Shown here piece by piece: positions 1 to 7,211 of a DNA stretch of 42,147 bases. The position numbers and the translations under genes were made by a program. This DNA is from a virus, in IMG/VR virus record IMGVR_UViG_3300045988_041214, positions 1 through 42,147 of that record. One strand, 5' to 3'. How positions within the stretch are numbered: position 1 is the first letter of the stretch; every line of letters starts with the position of its first letter. The notes under the pieces were generated by a model, which made no database searches, was not told the DNA's origin, and worked only from the letters and a program-made list of their open reading frames with translations.

Positions 1-28
1 ACCGGCAAGTGTCTGAGGCTTTTCGCCT

Positions 29-53
29 GTGGGTTCGAGTCCCGCTGGAGGCA
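29..53 (+). other. tRNA 3'-end-like segment (T-arm plus acceptor 3' strand), probable att core
   Basis: GTGGG-TTCGAGT-CCCGC T-arm, 7-nt acceptor strand TGGAGGC and discriminator A, followed by a hairpin terminator. No matching 5' half lies upstream in the phage copy. Confidence 0.6.
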
Positions 54-60
54 CTTTTGG

Positions 61-86
61 AAACCGCCAGAGATGGCGGTTTTCCT
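61..86 (+). terminator. Rho-independent terminator after the tRNA-like segment (second copy at 42109..42134)
   Basis: AAACCGCCA-gaga-TGGCGGTTT stem-loop followed by a T-rich run. Confidence 0.6.
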
Positions 87-115
87 TTATTCTCCAACGA
101 TTTTCAGACTTTCCT

Positions 116-142
116 AATTCACTCCAATTCACTCCAAATCAC
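116..142. repeat. 10-bp tandem repeat AATTCACTCC x2.7
   Basis: AATTCACTCC at 116-125 and 126-135, then partial AAATCAC. Lies between the att core and the arm-type site pair. Confidence 0.8.
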
Positions 143-160
143 GTCATTTCTCTATAAAAC

Positions 161-178
161 GTGGGCAAAATGTGGGCA
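161..178 (+). promoter_or_regulatory. Candidate integrase arm-type sites, GTGGGCA-AAAT-GTGGGCA (P' side)
   Basis: The 18-nt string GTGGGCAAAATGTGGGCA is repeated exactly at 41999..42016 on the other side of the core. Confidence 0.5.
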
Positions 179-183
179 CGGAA

Positions 184-690
184 TCACCAGACCATCGGCA
201 GGTTGAGGCATTGGCGCGCCCACCGTTCCACCGCCAGATTCTCCTCGTCGTCGCCAAGCAGCAATAAGTATCCGGCGTTCTTTCCGAGGGTGGCGGGCTG
301 TAGGCACTTGATGAGTCCTTGGTCGCGGAGGAATTTCCATGCTTGGACGATTCGGACCTTGGCGGTGCCTTCACGTGCTTTCATCGCGGCCTCCACCTCC
401 TCTTCCGACTTGCCGATGACTTGCTCGGGGGAGAGTGCCATCATTCCGTGGTCTTCGGCAAGCGTCTTCCAGCCCTTCGTGTAGTAGCGGCATGGATAGC
501 CCTTGGATTTAGCGTCACGGATTGGCTCTTGGTGTTCTCTGTCCCAGTCGTAGCTTGAGAGCGCCATGTCGATGAGCATGAGTTCCGCCATCGTGTGCAC
601 CGTGATCTTGCCGCCTCGCGGCTTGAGCAGTTTTCCTGCGCGGCTGAGCTCGTAGACTGCTCCAGCGTTGCGGTATCCCATCTTTTCCAT
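184..690 (-). CDS. Hypothetical protein (168 aa), possible winged-helix C-terminus
   Basis: Start chosen at MEKMGYR, preceded by GGAGAGGAAAG. The longer 215-aa ORF start lies in an AT-rich promoter region. Function not recognised. Confidence 0.55.
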   Translation of the reverse strand: MEKMGYRNAGAVYELSRAGKLLKPRGGKITVHTMAELMLIDMALSSYDWDREHQEPIRDAKSKGYPCRYYTKGWKTLAEDHGMMALSPEQVIGKSEEEVEAAMKAREGTAKVRIVQAWKFLRDQGLIKCLQPATLGKNAGYLLLLGDDEENLAVERWARQCLNLPMVW

Positions 691-883
691 CGCTTTCCTC
701 TCCACGCCTAGAGGTAAAATCTTACGTGGAGACGCTAGTCCGTTTCCTGCCCTTGGCGTGAGGTTTGAAGAGCACGCCAAGGGCTTTTCCTTATGTGAAA
801 TACTATACCACATGAGGTGTAGTAAACACACCCACAGAGATATATTCTTTTAAAACTCATAGGGATGTTTAAATATCCTATAT

Positions 884-898
884 ACATGTACTACATGT
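884..898. promoter_or_regulatory. Perfect palindrome ACATGTA-C-TACATGT in an AT-rich divergent promoter region
   Basis: 7-1-7 inverted repeat between the divergent genes 184..690 (-) and 1009..1794 (+). The region 700-1000 is much more AT-rich than the rest of the window. Confidence 0.4.
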
Positions 899-1008
899 GT
901 TTATATATTTCTTTTACAAGAGCGCCAATGCACCGAAGAAAGGAAGAATCGGCACGTTCCAATTCCCCCATCTGTGCTAGCTTGAAGCAGAGAGAAGGAA
1001 GGGGAAAA

Positions 1009-1794
1009 ATGAAGAAACTGATTTACCTCGTGCTATCCGTGCTGTGCGCAATCTCCGGTATCTACGGCATATACGACACCATCACCACGCCGAAGTACGA
1101 TCTGGCCACAAGCATCATAGCGATTCTGCTCCTCGCATTCCTCGCATGGCTTTTCATGCATCTCTTCCTCAAGCCTGAGCCACGCCATAAGCATCAAGCG
1201 ACGAATGCGCCTGAATCATCGCCGGAAGCCACCTCAGACGCTCCAGCAGTGGAAACGGCACCAATCACCTACGTCAATGCGAATAGTGGCGTGGAGGACG
1301 ATTACGTGGCTGTGGATATTGAGACCACCGGCCTAGGTCGTGACGCTCGAATCATCGAATTGGGAGCCGTGAGAATCAGGCACGGACGCAAGGTCGCGTC
1401 ATACAGCCAGCTCGTCAATCCCCAGATTCCGATACCGGCCAAGGTCACGCAGATCACCGGCATCACCGATCGGGACGTCAAAGGCAAACCCACCATCGAC
1501 AAAGCGCTACCCAAGTTCTACGCTTTCTGCGGGCATGATACGTGGATAGGGCACAATATTCGCCGCTTCGACCTGCCGGTCATCGCCCGCGAAGCCGAAA
1601 GAGCGGGTGTCGGCATGCCGGACGTCAGCTTCTATGACACCTTGGAAATCTCTCAGACACTTTTGCCGCAGCTTGACCGCCATAGGCTGCTCGACCTCAT
1701 CCGCTATTTCGGCATCGCCAAGACGGAGCGTCATAGGGCCGCCGACGATGCCGCACAGACGGCACAGGTATTCGAGCGCCTGAAGCAGATATAA
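1009..1794 (+). CDS. Membrane-anchored DnaQ/DEDDh-family 3'-5' exonuclease (PolIII epsilon-like domain)
   Basis: RBS GGAAGGGG before the ATG. The N-terminus has two hydrophobic helices (LIYLVLSVLCAISGIYGIY and IIAILLLAFLAWLFMHLFL). Exo motifs seen: VAVDIETTGL, WIGHNIRRFDLPV, HRAADDA. Confidence 0.8.
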   Translation: MKKLIYLVLSVLCAISGIYGIYDTITTPKYDLATSIIAILLLAFLAWLFMHLFLKPEPRHKHQATNAPESSPEATSDAPAVETAPITYVNANSGVEDDYVAVDIETTGLGRDARIIELGAVRIRHGRKVASYSQLVNPQIPIPAKVTQITGITDRDVKGKPTIDKALPKFYAFCGHDTWIGHNIRRFDLPVIAREAERAGVGMPDVSFYDTLEISQTLLPQLDRHRLLDLIRYFGIAKTERHRAADDAAQTAQVFERLKQI

Positions 1795-1821
1795 GACTTA
1801 TAAAGACTTATAAGACAACAT

Positions 1822-1849
1822 AAAAGCCCCACGAATTGTGGGGCTTAAT
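1822..1849. terminator. Bidirectional terminator between convergent genes
   Basis: AGCCCCA-cgaattg-TGGGGCT hairpin flanked by an A-run and a T-rich run. Confidence 0.6.
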
Positions 1850-1853
1850 GCTT

Positions 1854-2144
1854 TTAGAGGCTGTTCACGGCATTGTAGAATTCCTGCGCGTCCTCGGCTT
1901 TTTTGAATTTCAGTGGCAGTGAGCGCAGCGTACTGTATTTCCATGTGACCGTGCGCTTCTTCAACACCACGCCCTGCAGGTCGCTTACCTGGTATGCTTC
2001 GGTCTTCTTGTACCGGTGCAGGTACGTCGTGCAGACATCCAATTCCAGGCGATTGGCATACAGGCGTATGCCCATAAACAGCGGATCGTCAAGCCTTTCG
2101 CACTCGTAGATCGCGTCCGGTGCAGGCTGTGGTCTCTTCGCCAT
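1854..2144 (-). CDS. Hypothetical protein (96 aa), last gene of the repressor operon
   Basis: ORF in the track with coding-like composition. The resemblance to a small PH-like fold is only an impression. Confidence 0.55.
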   Translation of the reverse strand: MAKRPQPAPDAIYECERLDDPLFMGIRLYANRLELDVCTTYLHRYKKTEAYQVSDLQGVVLKKRTVTWKYSTLRSLPLKFKKAEDAQEFYNAVNSL

Positions 2145-2181
2145 GATTGCTCCCTTCTTCTTTTCTCTTTGATTCTATTGC

Positions 2182-2577
2182 TCAAATGATGCAGACTCGC
2201 TCAGACATTGCCAGTCGGAAGTCTCCGAGCACCTGCTGGGTCACCTCCAGTTCCTGGGAGATGTTCCATGAATTCCCTTCGTACATTTGTTCGAGTATGC
2301 CGTAGCGGAGTGGGTCTATCAGCGTCAAGGCGGTTTCGCGTCTTGCCCTATGTTCCTCGCGACTCTGTGCCACATGGTCGCATGACGTGTCGCCGTGCCG
2401 CCAGTGCAACAGCTCGTGAACGAGCGTGCACCGTTTCGCCGCGTAAGTGAGCCTGCGGTCAATCAAGATGACATGATTCTCGTTGTCGTAGCAGCCCCAT
2501 AGTCCGTCCGGCAGGATGGCGCTGGACACGGTGACGGGCAGGCCGATGATGGCGCGGCGCATGTCCCCGTATGTCAT
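2182..2577 (-). CDS. ImmA/IrrE-family zinc metallopeptidase
   Basis: HEXXH motif (VHELLHWRHGD) and position directly downstream of the XRE repressor. The start is uncertain; the ORF is open up to 2721. Confidence 0.7.
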   Translation of the reverse strand: MTYGDMRRAIIGLPVTVSSAILPDGLWGCYDNENHVILIDRRLTYAAKRCTLVHELLHWRHGDTSCDHVAQSREEHRARRETALTLIDPLRYGILEQMYEGNSWNISQELEVTQQVLGDFRLAMSERVCII

Positions 2578-2596
2578 GCGCCGGTCGATCGGCAGG

Positions 2597-2959
2597 TCAG
2601 GCAGGCTCGTCGTAATCCGGCCCCGCCTCTCCGTTAATGGCCTCCTGCTTGCCAGCGGCGTCATAGGCGGCAAGACCATAACCGCCTGCCTGCGCTTTCC
2701 TCTCGGCGGCTTCGACGGCATGGCGTTTGGAGTCCATCACGATGTCTCCGATGGATACGCCGGTCACTTCGCTGATGCGTTCCAGGTCACTCAGGTTGAG
2801 CGGGAGGCTGTAGTTTGCCCTCGTGTACCAGTAGACCTCGCCGAAGCCACAGGCCTTGGCGAATTCCTTGATGGTCATGCCGCTTTGCTTTTGGAGTCTG
2901 ACGCATTCGTCCATGACCTGCTTGGCGAAATGCGTGACCTCCTGTGCTTTTCTTCCCAT
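2597..2959 (-). CDS. XRE-family HTH repressor (CI-like/ImmR-like)
   Basis: HTH segment MTIKEFAKACGFGEVYWYTRAN. Divergent from the early operon across an operator-containing spacer. Confidence 0.8.
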   Translation of the reverse strand: MGRKAQEVTHFAKQVMDECVRLQKQSGMTIKEFAKACGFGEVYWYTRANYSLPLNLSDLERISEVTGVSIGDIVMDSKRHAVEAAERKAQAGGYGLAAYDAAGKQEAINGEAGPDYDEPA

Positions 2960-3012
2960 GCTTCAAATTATAGCTAATTGCGTAGTCATATGTGCATAAA
3001 TCGTGAAGACTA

Positions 3013-3046
3013 CGTAATTACGAATACAAGAAACTTCGTAATTACG
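3013..3046. promoter_or_regulatory. Two copies of the perfect 10-bp palindrome CGTAATTACG (candidate operators)
   Basis: Copies at 3013-3022 and 3037-3046, 24 bp centre to centre, in the AT-rich divergent region between the repressor and the early operon. Confidence 0.65.
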
Positions 3047-3076
3047 TATATTAAAAACGTCGAAAGGAAAAACGAG

Positions 3077-3205
3077 ATGTTGAGCACCAAGAAGACCAAG
3101 ACCCCCGACCACTACCCGTGCGGCCACATGCGCGGCCCCGGCTGGCACGACTGGCGCGCCTGCCTCACCAAGCAGGGAATCGAGGAGGATGAATGGCCGG
3201 TCTGA
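3077..3205 (+). CDS. Small Cys/His-containing protein (42 aa), first early gene
   Basis: RBS GAAAGGAAAAA before the ATG at 3077. The longer ORF start lies inside the operators. Confidence 0.5.
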   Translation: MLSTKKTKTPDHYPCGHMRGPGWHDWRACLTKQGIEEDEWPV

Positions 3206-3441
3206 CGGAAACAGCCACCAGAAACCTCAAAGCGGAACTCGCCAGACACGACAAGACACCGAAAGACCTAGCAAAAGCATGGGGCCTCGAAATCAGAGCC
3301 GTAAACAACAGGCTCAAAGGCCGCACGCCACTCTCGACGGACGAAATCGAAAAAGCGGCATCCATGCTCGACATGGAATCGGAAACCCTCGTCATGCTCC
3401 TCATCCAGCCGATCGACAGCATCAAACAATTCAAAGCCTGA
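3193..3441 (+). CDS. Cro/antirepressor-like HTH protein
   Basis: 82 aa with the HTH-like segment TPKDLAKAWGLEIRAVNNRLKG. Its position is opposite the repressor. Confidence 0.6.
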   Translation: MAGLTETATRNLKAELARHDKTPKDLAKAWGLEIRAVNNRLKGRTPLSTDEIEKAASMLDMESETLVMLLIQPIDSIKQFKA

Positions 3442-3465
3442 AATCCACAACCAAAGGAGCGTCCG

Positions 3466-3690
3466 ATGGACAGCAAGAACGACAACAAAGACCTGCGCAA
3501 AGCCTGCGTGGAAGCCGTCTTCGACGAATTCGCCGAGCATGGCGACATGATTCGCCCGCAATACGCGGGACAGTGGAATGAAATCGACGCTAGCCGATTC
3601 CTGGGCCACATCACCGGACCGATGGACATCGACGTGACCGGCCTCGTGGACGTCATCATCGACACGATCGTCAAGGAAGCACAGAAATGA
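3466..3690 (+). CDS. Hypothetical protein
   Basis: RBS AAAGGAG. Its stop overlaps the next start. Confidence 0.6.
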   Translation: MDSKNDNKDLRKACVEAVFDEFAEHGDMIRPQYAGQWNEIDASRFLGHITGPMDIDVTGLVDVIIDTIVKEAQK

Positions 3691-3917
3691 GCGGACAACT
3701 GCTTAACCCGCCAGCGCCGCCCGAACAGCGGAAGACGGTCTTCGACCCGCGGACGATCATGCTCGGCCTGACCGGCTACGCCATCCAAGTCGGCGAACAC
3801 GACGCCAGACTCGTCAGACTCCACGAGGACGGGAAGACCATCCTCACGGAAGTGGACGCCAAAACCACAGAAACATTCGCCTACCACCTTTATGACGCGA
3901 TAGGAGGAACACGATGA
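3687..3917 (+). CDS. Hypothetical protein
   Basis: ATGA overlap coupling on both sides. Confidence 0.6.
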   Translation: MSGQLLNPPAPPEQRKTVFDPRTIMLGLTGYAIQVGEHDARLVRLHEDGKTILTEVDAKTTETFAYHLYDAIGGTR

Positions 3918-4120
3918 GCCTCACCACGGATGGAAGCCTCTACTTCGGAATCCTCGATGACGGCACCACTCGCAGCGACCATTCAGCCGTCATCCAGCTC
4001 GCCATCGACACGTGCGACAGCCACGCGCGATACCTGCTCACGCAGACAGACCTGGCGAACATCCGCCGCGACTGCAACCGCATCTTGAAGGAACTATCCG
4101 AAAGGAGGATGGCGAAATGA
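3914..4120 (+). CDS. Hypothetical protein
   Basis: ATGA overlap coupling. Confidence 0.6.
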   Translation: MSLTTDGSLYFGILDDGTTRSDHSAVIQLAIDTCDSHARYLLTQTDLANIRRDCNRILKELSERRMAK

Positions 4121-4341
4121 CCGACCACGACTGCTGGCTCGAAGACCAGCGGGAGAAGACGCGGAAGCCGAACTACACGCGCCGCCGCATCCTCTTCGCC
4201 ATCGTCAGCATCGGCCTCATCTCCAGCCTGACCATCATGCTCACATGGCATGGCGGCAGCACCACCGCCGCGCTCATGGTTGAAGGCGTGTACATCGCCA
4301 CCGCATTGTGGCTGATCGTCAGATTCGCCCCACGCGATTAA
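4117..4341 (+). CDS. Small membrane protein (74 aa)
   Basis: ATGA overlap start. Two hydrophobic segments: ILFAIVSIGLISSLTIML and VYIATALWLIV. Confidence 0.55.
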   Translation: MTDHDCWLEDQREKTRKPNYTRRRILFAIVSIGLISSLTIMLTWHGGSTTAALMVEGVYIATALWLIVRFAPRD

Positions 4342-4780
4342 AGACTTCCCGCTGGCTGACAGTCCAATAAAAACAAACCAATTGGGATGTTTTCGCGGAC
4401 ATCCACGTTCACCAGTCGGCTGGCGGGGACACATATAACTGAATATCGATTATTATCCACGCGCCGACCACATCTTGCTCTCACATACACTGTCGGCGCA
4501 TTGGTTGGGCGACGGTTCGCCCGTCCACGGATTCCAATCTTCTTCTCCTCTATCAAGAAACGCAGGCATTCCGGTGTTTGCAAACCCTTTCAAGTCCGCC
4601 TGACGGCCAGTCACCGTCGGCCACGCCGCCGGCCGTGAACGCGTTTAGGTCGCGTTCCAACGGTCAAAGGGGCGTTCGGAATCCAAGGACGGCATCGGTC
4701 CGACTCCGATGCCAGCCACTCAGCCCCATCCACTCGTCAGGACGGGGCACACAACGTCAACAAGCAAAGGAAAACGCATC

Positions 4781-5092
4781 ATGAACGAAAACAAACCACA
4801 GGTGGCAACATGGGCGCTCTGCGTCGACATCGACACCGACAACCCGGAATCCGACCCCACACTCATCTGCACACTCGACATACCGCTGGACGCATTCAAA
4901 GGCGGCCTGGTCGGCGTCACCCTTGCCAGCAACATGGGCGAGGACACTGCGCTTGCCGCCCGAGTCGTATGCCAGGCCCTCGACAAGGCGCTCAAACGTC
5001 ACCTCGAACGCGGCGGCGACAACGAAACCCCGGAAATGCTCACCGGCCTCCATATCGACCCGATGGGCGACATTCGGGACGCCCGGCCATGA
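4781..5092 (+). CDS. Hypothetical protein
   Basis: RBS AAAGGAAAA before the ATG at 4781. Confidence 0.6.
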   Translation: MNENKPQVATWALCVDIDTDNPESDPTLICTLDIPLDAFKGGLVGVTLASNMGEDTALAARVVCQALDKALKRHLERGGDNETPEMLTGLHIDPMGDIRDARP

Positions 5093-5307
5093 CAGACCTG
5101 CTCACGCCATCTGAACTGGCTGTCATGCTCGGCATGAGCGTGCGTACCCTCGCCAACTGGCGGTCTAACGGCAAGGGCCCGCCATACGTGAAAATCGGCG
5201 TGGAACCGCCCGAAGGACATCAGGACAGGCGCAAAGTCAGATACGAGCTTCAAGTCGCGGAACGGTGGGCTTTGGCGCACAAGTACCAGAGGACGGTGGC
5301 GAGATGA
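5089..5307 (+). CDS. Excisionase/MerR-like HTH DNA-binding protein
   Basis: LTPSELAVMLGMSVRTLANWRSNGKGPPYVKIG is the pattern typical of Xis/AlpA-type HTH proteins. ATGA coupling. Confidence 0.6.
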   Translation: MTDLLTPSELAVMLGMSVRTLANWRSNGKGPPYVKIGVEPPEGHQDRRKVRYELQVAERWALAHKYQRTVAR

Positions 5308-5483
5308 AAAACGGCACGTTCGTTCCGGCGACACAGTGCAAAAGCAGTCCACGCGTCAAAAACGACGGGAAAGCACACGTCGACACCGGCAAACCGACCC
5401 TCACCCAGCAGGGAATCGACGTGGACAAGTTCATCCGCGACAACCACGCGCTCATCGAAAAACTCAGGAAAGGAACACGTTGA
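5304..5483 (+). CDS. Hypothetical protein
   Basis: ATGA overlap start. Confidence 0.5.
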   Translation: MKNGTFVPATQCKSSPRVKNDGKAHVDTGKPTLTQQGIDVDKFIRDNHALIEKLRKGTR

Positions 5484-6097
5484 AACACGAATACACCTTC
5501 GAAGAACTCGCCGAACTGAAGAGAATCTACAACGAGTCAGGCGAAGCAGGACTCGACATCACGGAAATGCGGGCGTTGCGAAAGGCCGGACTCCTCACGC
5601 AGGGCCTGCCGGAGAAACCGTCGAAACGAGACCTCATCCTCGCGCACTGCAAAAACCGCATCGACCAAGGCCAACCGTTCGACGGCAAGGAAACCGCCGA
5701 AGCGCTCGGCATGAGCCAGAAAACAGTCGGCAACATTCTCAGCCAGCTCCGCAAGGAAGGACTATTGCCGGCCTTCGACAAGCATTCGCCACGCAAAACC
5801 ACCACAAGCGGAAAGAAGAAAGAGACCATCATGACCGTCGCATCGAAACCAGTCGCCAACAAGGAGGAACCAATGAGCCAGGAACTCACTGCCAACAAGG
5901 AGACAGCACCGGAGAAACAGTGCGAGAACCCACGCACCATCATCTCCAACGCATTGACCGGCATTTTCGACGCCATCAGCGCTCTGCAACGAACCGCGTT
6001 CCAAACCAACGACAAGGTGGTCTACGGATTCGCCACCAAGCTGCTGAACGGCGAATTGATGGACCTCAAAGCCAACTACAGCAAGGACACAAAATGA
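5480..6097 (+). CDS. Hypothetical HTH-containing protein (TTG start)
   Basis: RBS AGGAAAGGA then a TTG overlapping the previous stop. HTH-like segment ETAEALGMSQKTVGNILSQLRKEG. Confidence 0.55.
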   Translation: MKHEYTFEELAELKRIYNESGEAGLDITEMRALRKAGLLTQGLPEKPSKRDLILAHCKNRIDQGQPFDGKETAEALGMSQKTVGNILSQLRKEGLLPAFDKHSPRKTTTSGKKKETIMTVASKPVANKEEPMSQELTANKETAPEKQCENPRTIISNALTGIFDAISALQRTAFQTNDKVVYGFATKLLNGELMDLKANYSKDTK

Positions 6098-6252
6098 GGA
6101 TCAATTTCGATAGCAAGAGTGGCGTTTTCGCCATCAAAGCCGAAAAAGAAGAGGAAAAAACCCGGCTCAAAACGTCGGCGGTCGCCATCTGCAATCTCAT
6201 TATCGATTTTTTCGACGGTGAAGTCCAAGAAATGAAGGCGGCGAAGGAATGA
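6094..6252 (+). CDS. Hypothetical protein (52 aa)
   Basis: ATGA coupling on both sides. Confidence 0.5.
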   Translation: MRINFDSKSGVFAIKAEKEEEKTRLKTSAVAICNLIIDFFDGEVQEMKAAKE

Positions 6253-7211
6253 AGCGGATACCACTCAAGGACACGGAACGCTACACGTTGGAACGGTTCC
6301 GACAGTGCAAGAAAACGGAACGTCATCTCGCATGGCTGAAGAGCCGTAAGGCTGGTGTCGGCGGTTCCGACATGAGCACGATCCTCGGCCTGAATTCCTT
6401 TAAGACACCGTATGAGCTGTGGCTTGAGAAGACCGGACGCGTGGAACCGGAGGACATCTCCGACAAGTGGGCTGTCATCCGCGGCAATGCCTTGGAGAAC
6501 GAGCTTCGCAAGCGTTTCCGCGCCAATCATCCGGAAATGCTCGTCACGGATGGCACTGACAAGCAATTCATCAGCCGCGAAAAGCCCTATCTGAGGGCTT
6601 CCCTTGACGGCATCCTGCAGAAAGAGAACGGCGATTTTGGGATCCTCGAAATCAAGACGGCGAGCAGCCGTCGAGCGGGGGACTGGCATGACAAGGAAGG
6701 CAACCTCCGAATCCCGCCATACTACTTGGCTCAGGTCGAATTCTACACGCTCGTCACTGGATGGACATGGGGCTACGTGTACGCGGCCATCGGAGACGAC
6801 GAGCCGGTGGAGATACCGTTCGAGGCCGACGTGGAGGACATGGCCGCGATCGACAAGGCCGCAGCCGACTTCTGGCATTTCGTCACCACCGGCACTCCAC
6901 CGCAATTGACTGCCGGCGACGTGCAGAAGGCGTTCCCGGAACCGACGCCGGACATCGTTGACGAAAGCGCCGACGATGACCTCTACGACCTGCTCGCAAG
7001 ATACGAGAGCGCCACCGGAATGCTTCATGACATGAAGGCCACTCAGAAGGAATTGCAGGAACAGATCATCCTGCGCATCGGCTCGCATGCGGGCGTGCGC
7101 TGCGGCAACCTCCAAGCCACCTACAAGACGACGACCCGCAAGGAGTACACCGTCAAAGCCACCACATACCGCAAATTCGCATTCAAATCCATCGAAGAAA
7201 AGGAGCAATGA
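6249..7211 (+). CDS. YqaJ/lambda-Exo-like recombination exonuclease
   Basis: N-terminal GVGGSDMSTILGLNSFKTPYELWLEKTG signature and PD-(D/E)XK-like core (LEIKT). Lies directly upstream of RecT. Confidence 0.8.
   Translation: MKRIPLKDTERYTLERFRQCKKTERHLAWLKSRKAGVGGSDMSTILGLNSFKTPYELWLEKTGRVEPEDISDKWAVIRGNALENELRKRFRANHPEMLVTDGTDKQFISREKPYLRASLDGILQKENGDFGILEIKTASSRRAGDWHDKEGNLRIPPYYLAQVEFYTLVTGWTWGYVYAAIGDDEPVEIPFEADVEDMAAIDKAAADFWHFVTTGTPPQLTAGDVQKAFPEPTPDIVDESADDDLYDLLARYESATGMLHDMKATQKELQEQIILRIGSHAGVRCGNLQATYKTTTRKEYTVKATTYRKFAFKSIEEKEQ

Larger units (their letters stand above)
1..99. repeat. Terminal direct repeat, copy 1 (identical to 42049..42147)
   Basis: Base-by-base comparison: nt 1-99 equal nt 42049-42147. 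The window ends where the repeat ends, so its true length is unknown. Confidence 0.95.

Noticed and set aside
1-53. Assigning an isotype (Leu, Ser or Gln) to the tRNA fragment at the att core
   Set aside because: Only the T-arm and the acceptor 3' strand are convincing. Every attempt to place an anticodon loop in nt 1-28 violated U33 or stem pairing. The upstream part is integrase coding sequence, so the isotype cannot be called from this window.
4338-4583. 81-aa minus-strand ORF in the early-region gap
   Set aside because: It has a TTG start without an RBS, an atypical composition, and would be a lone antisense gene inside a rightward operon. The interval is treated as non-coding.
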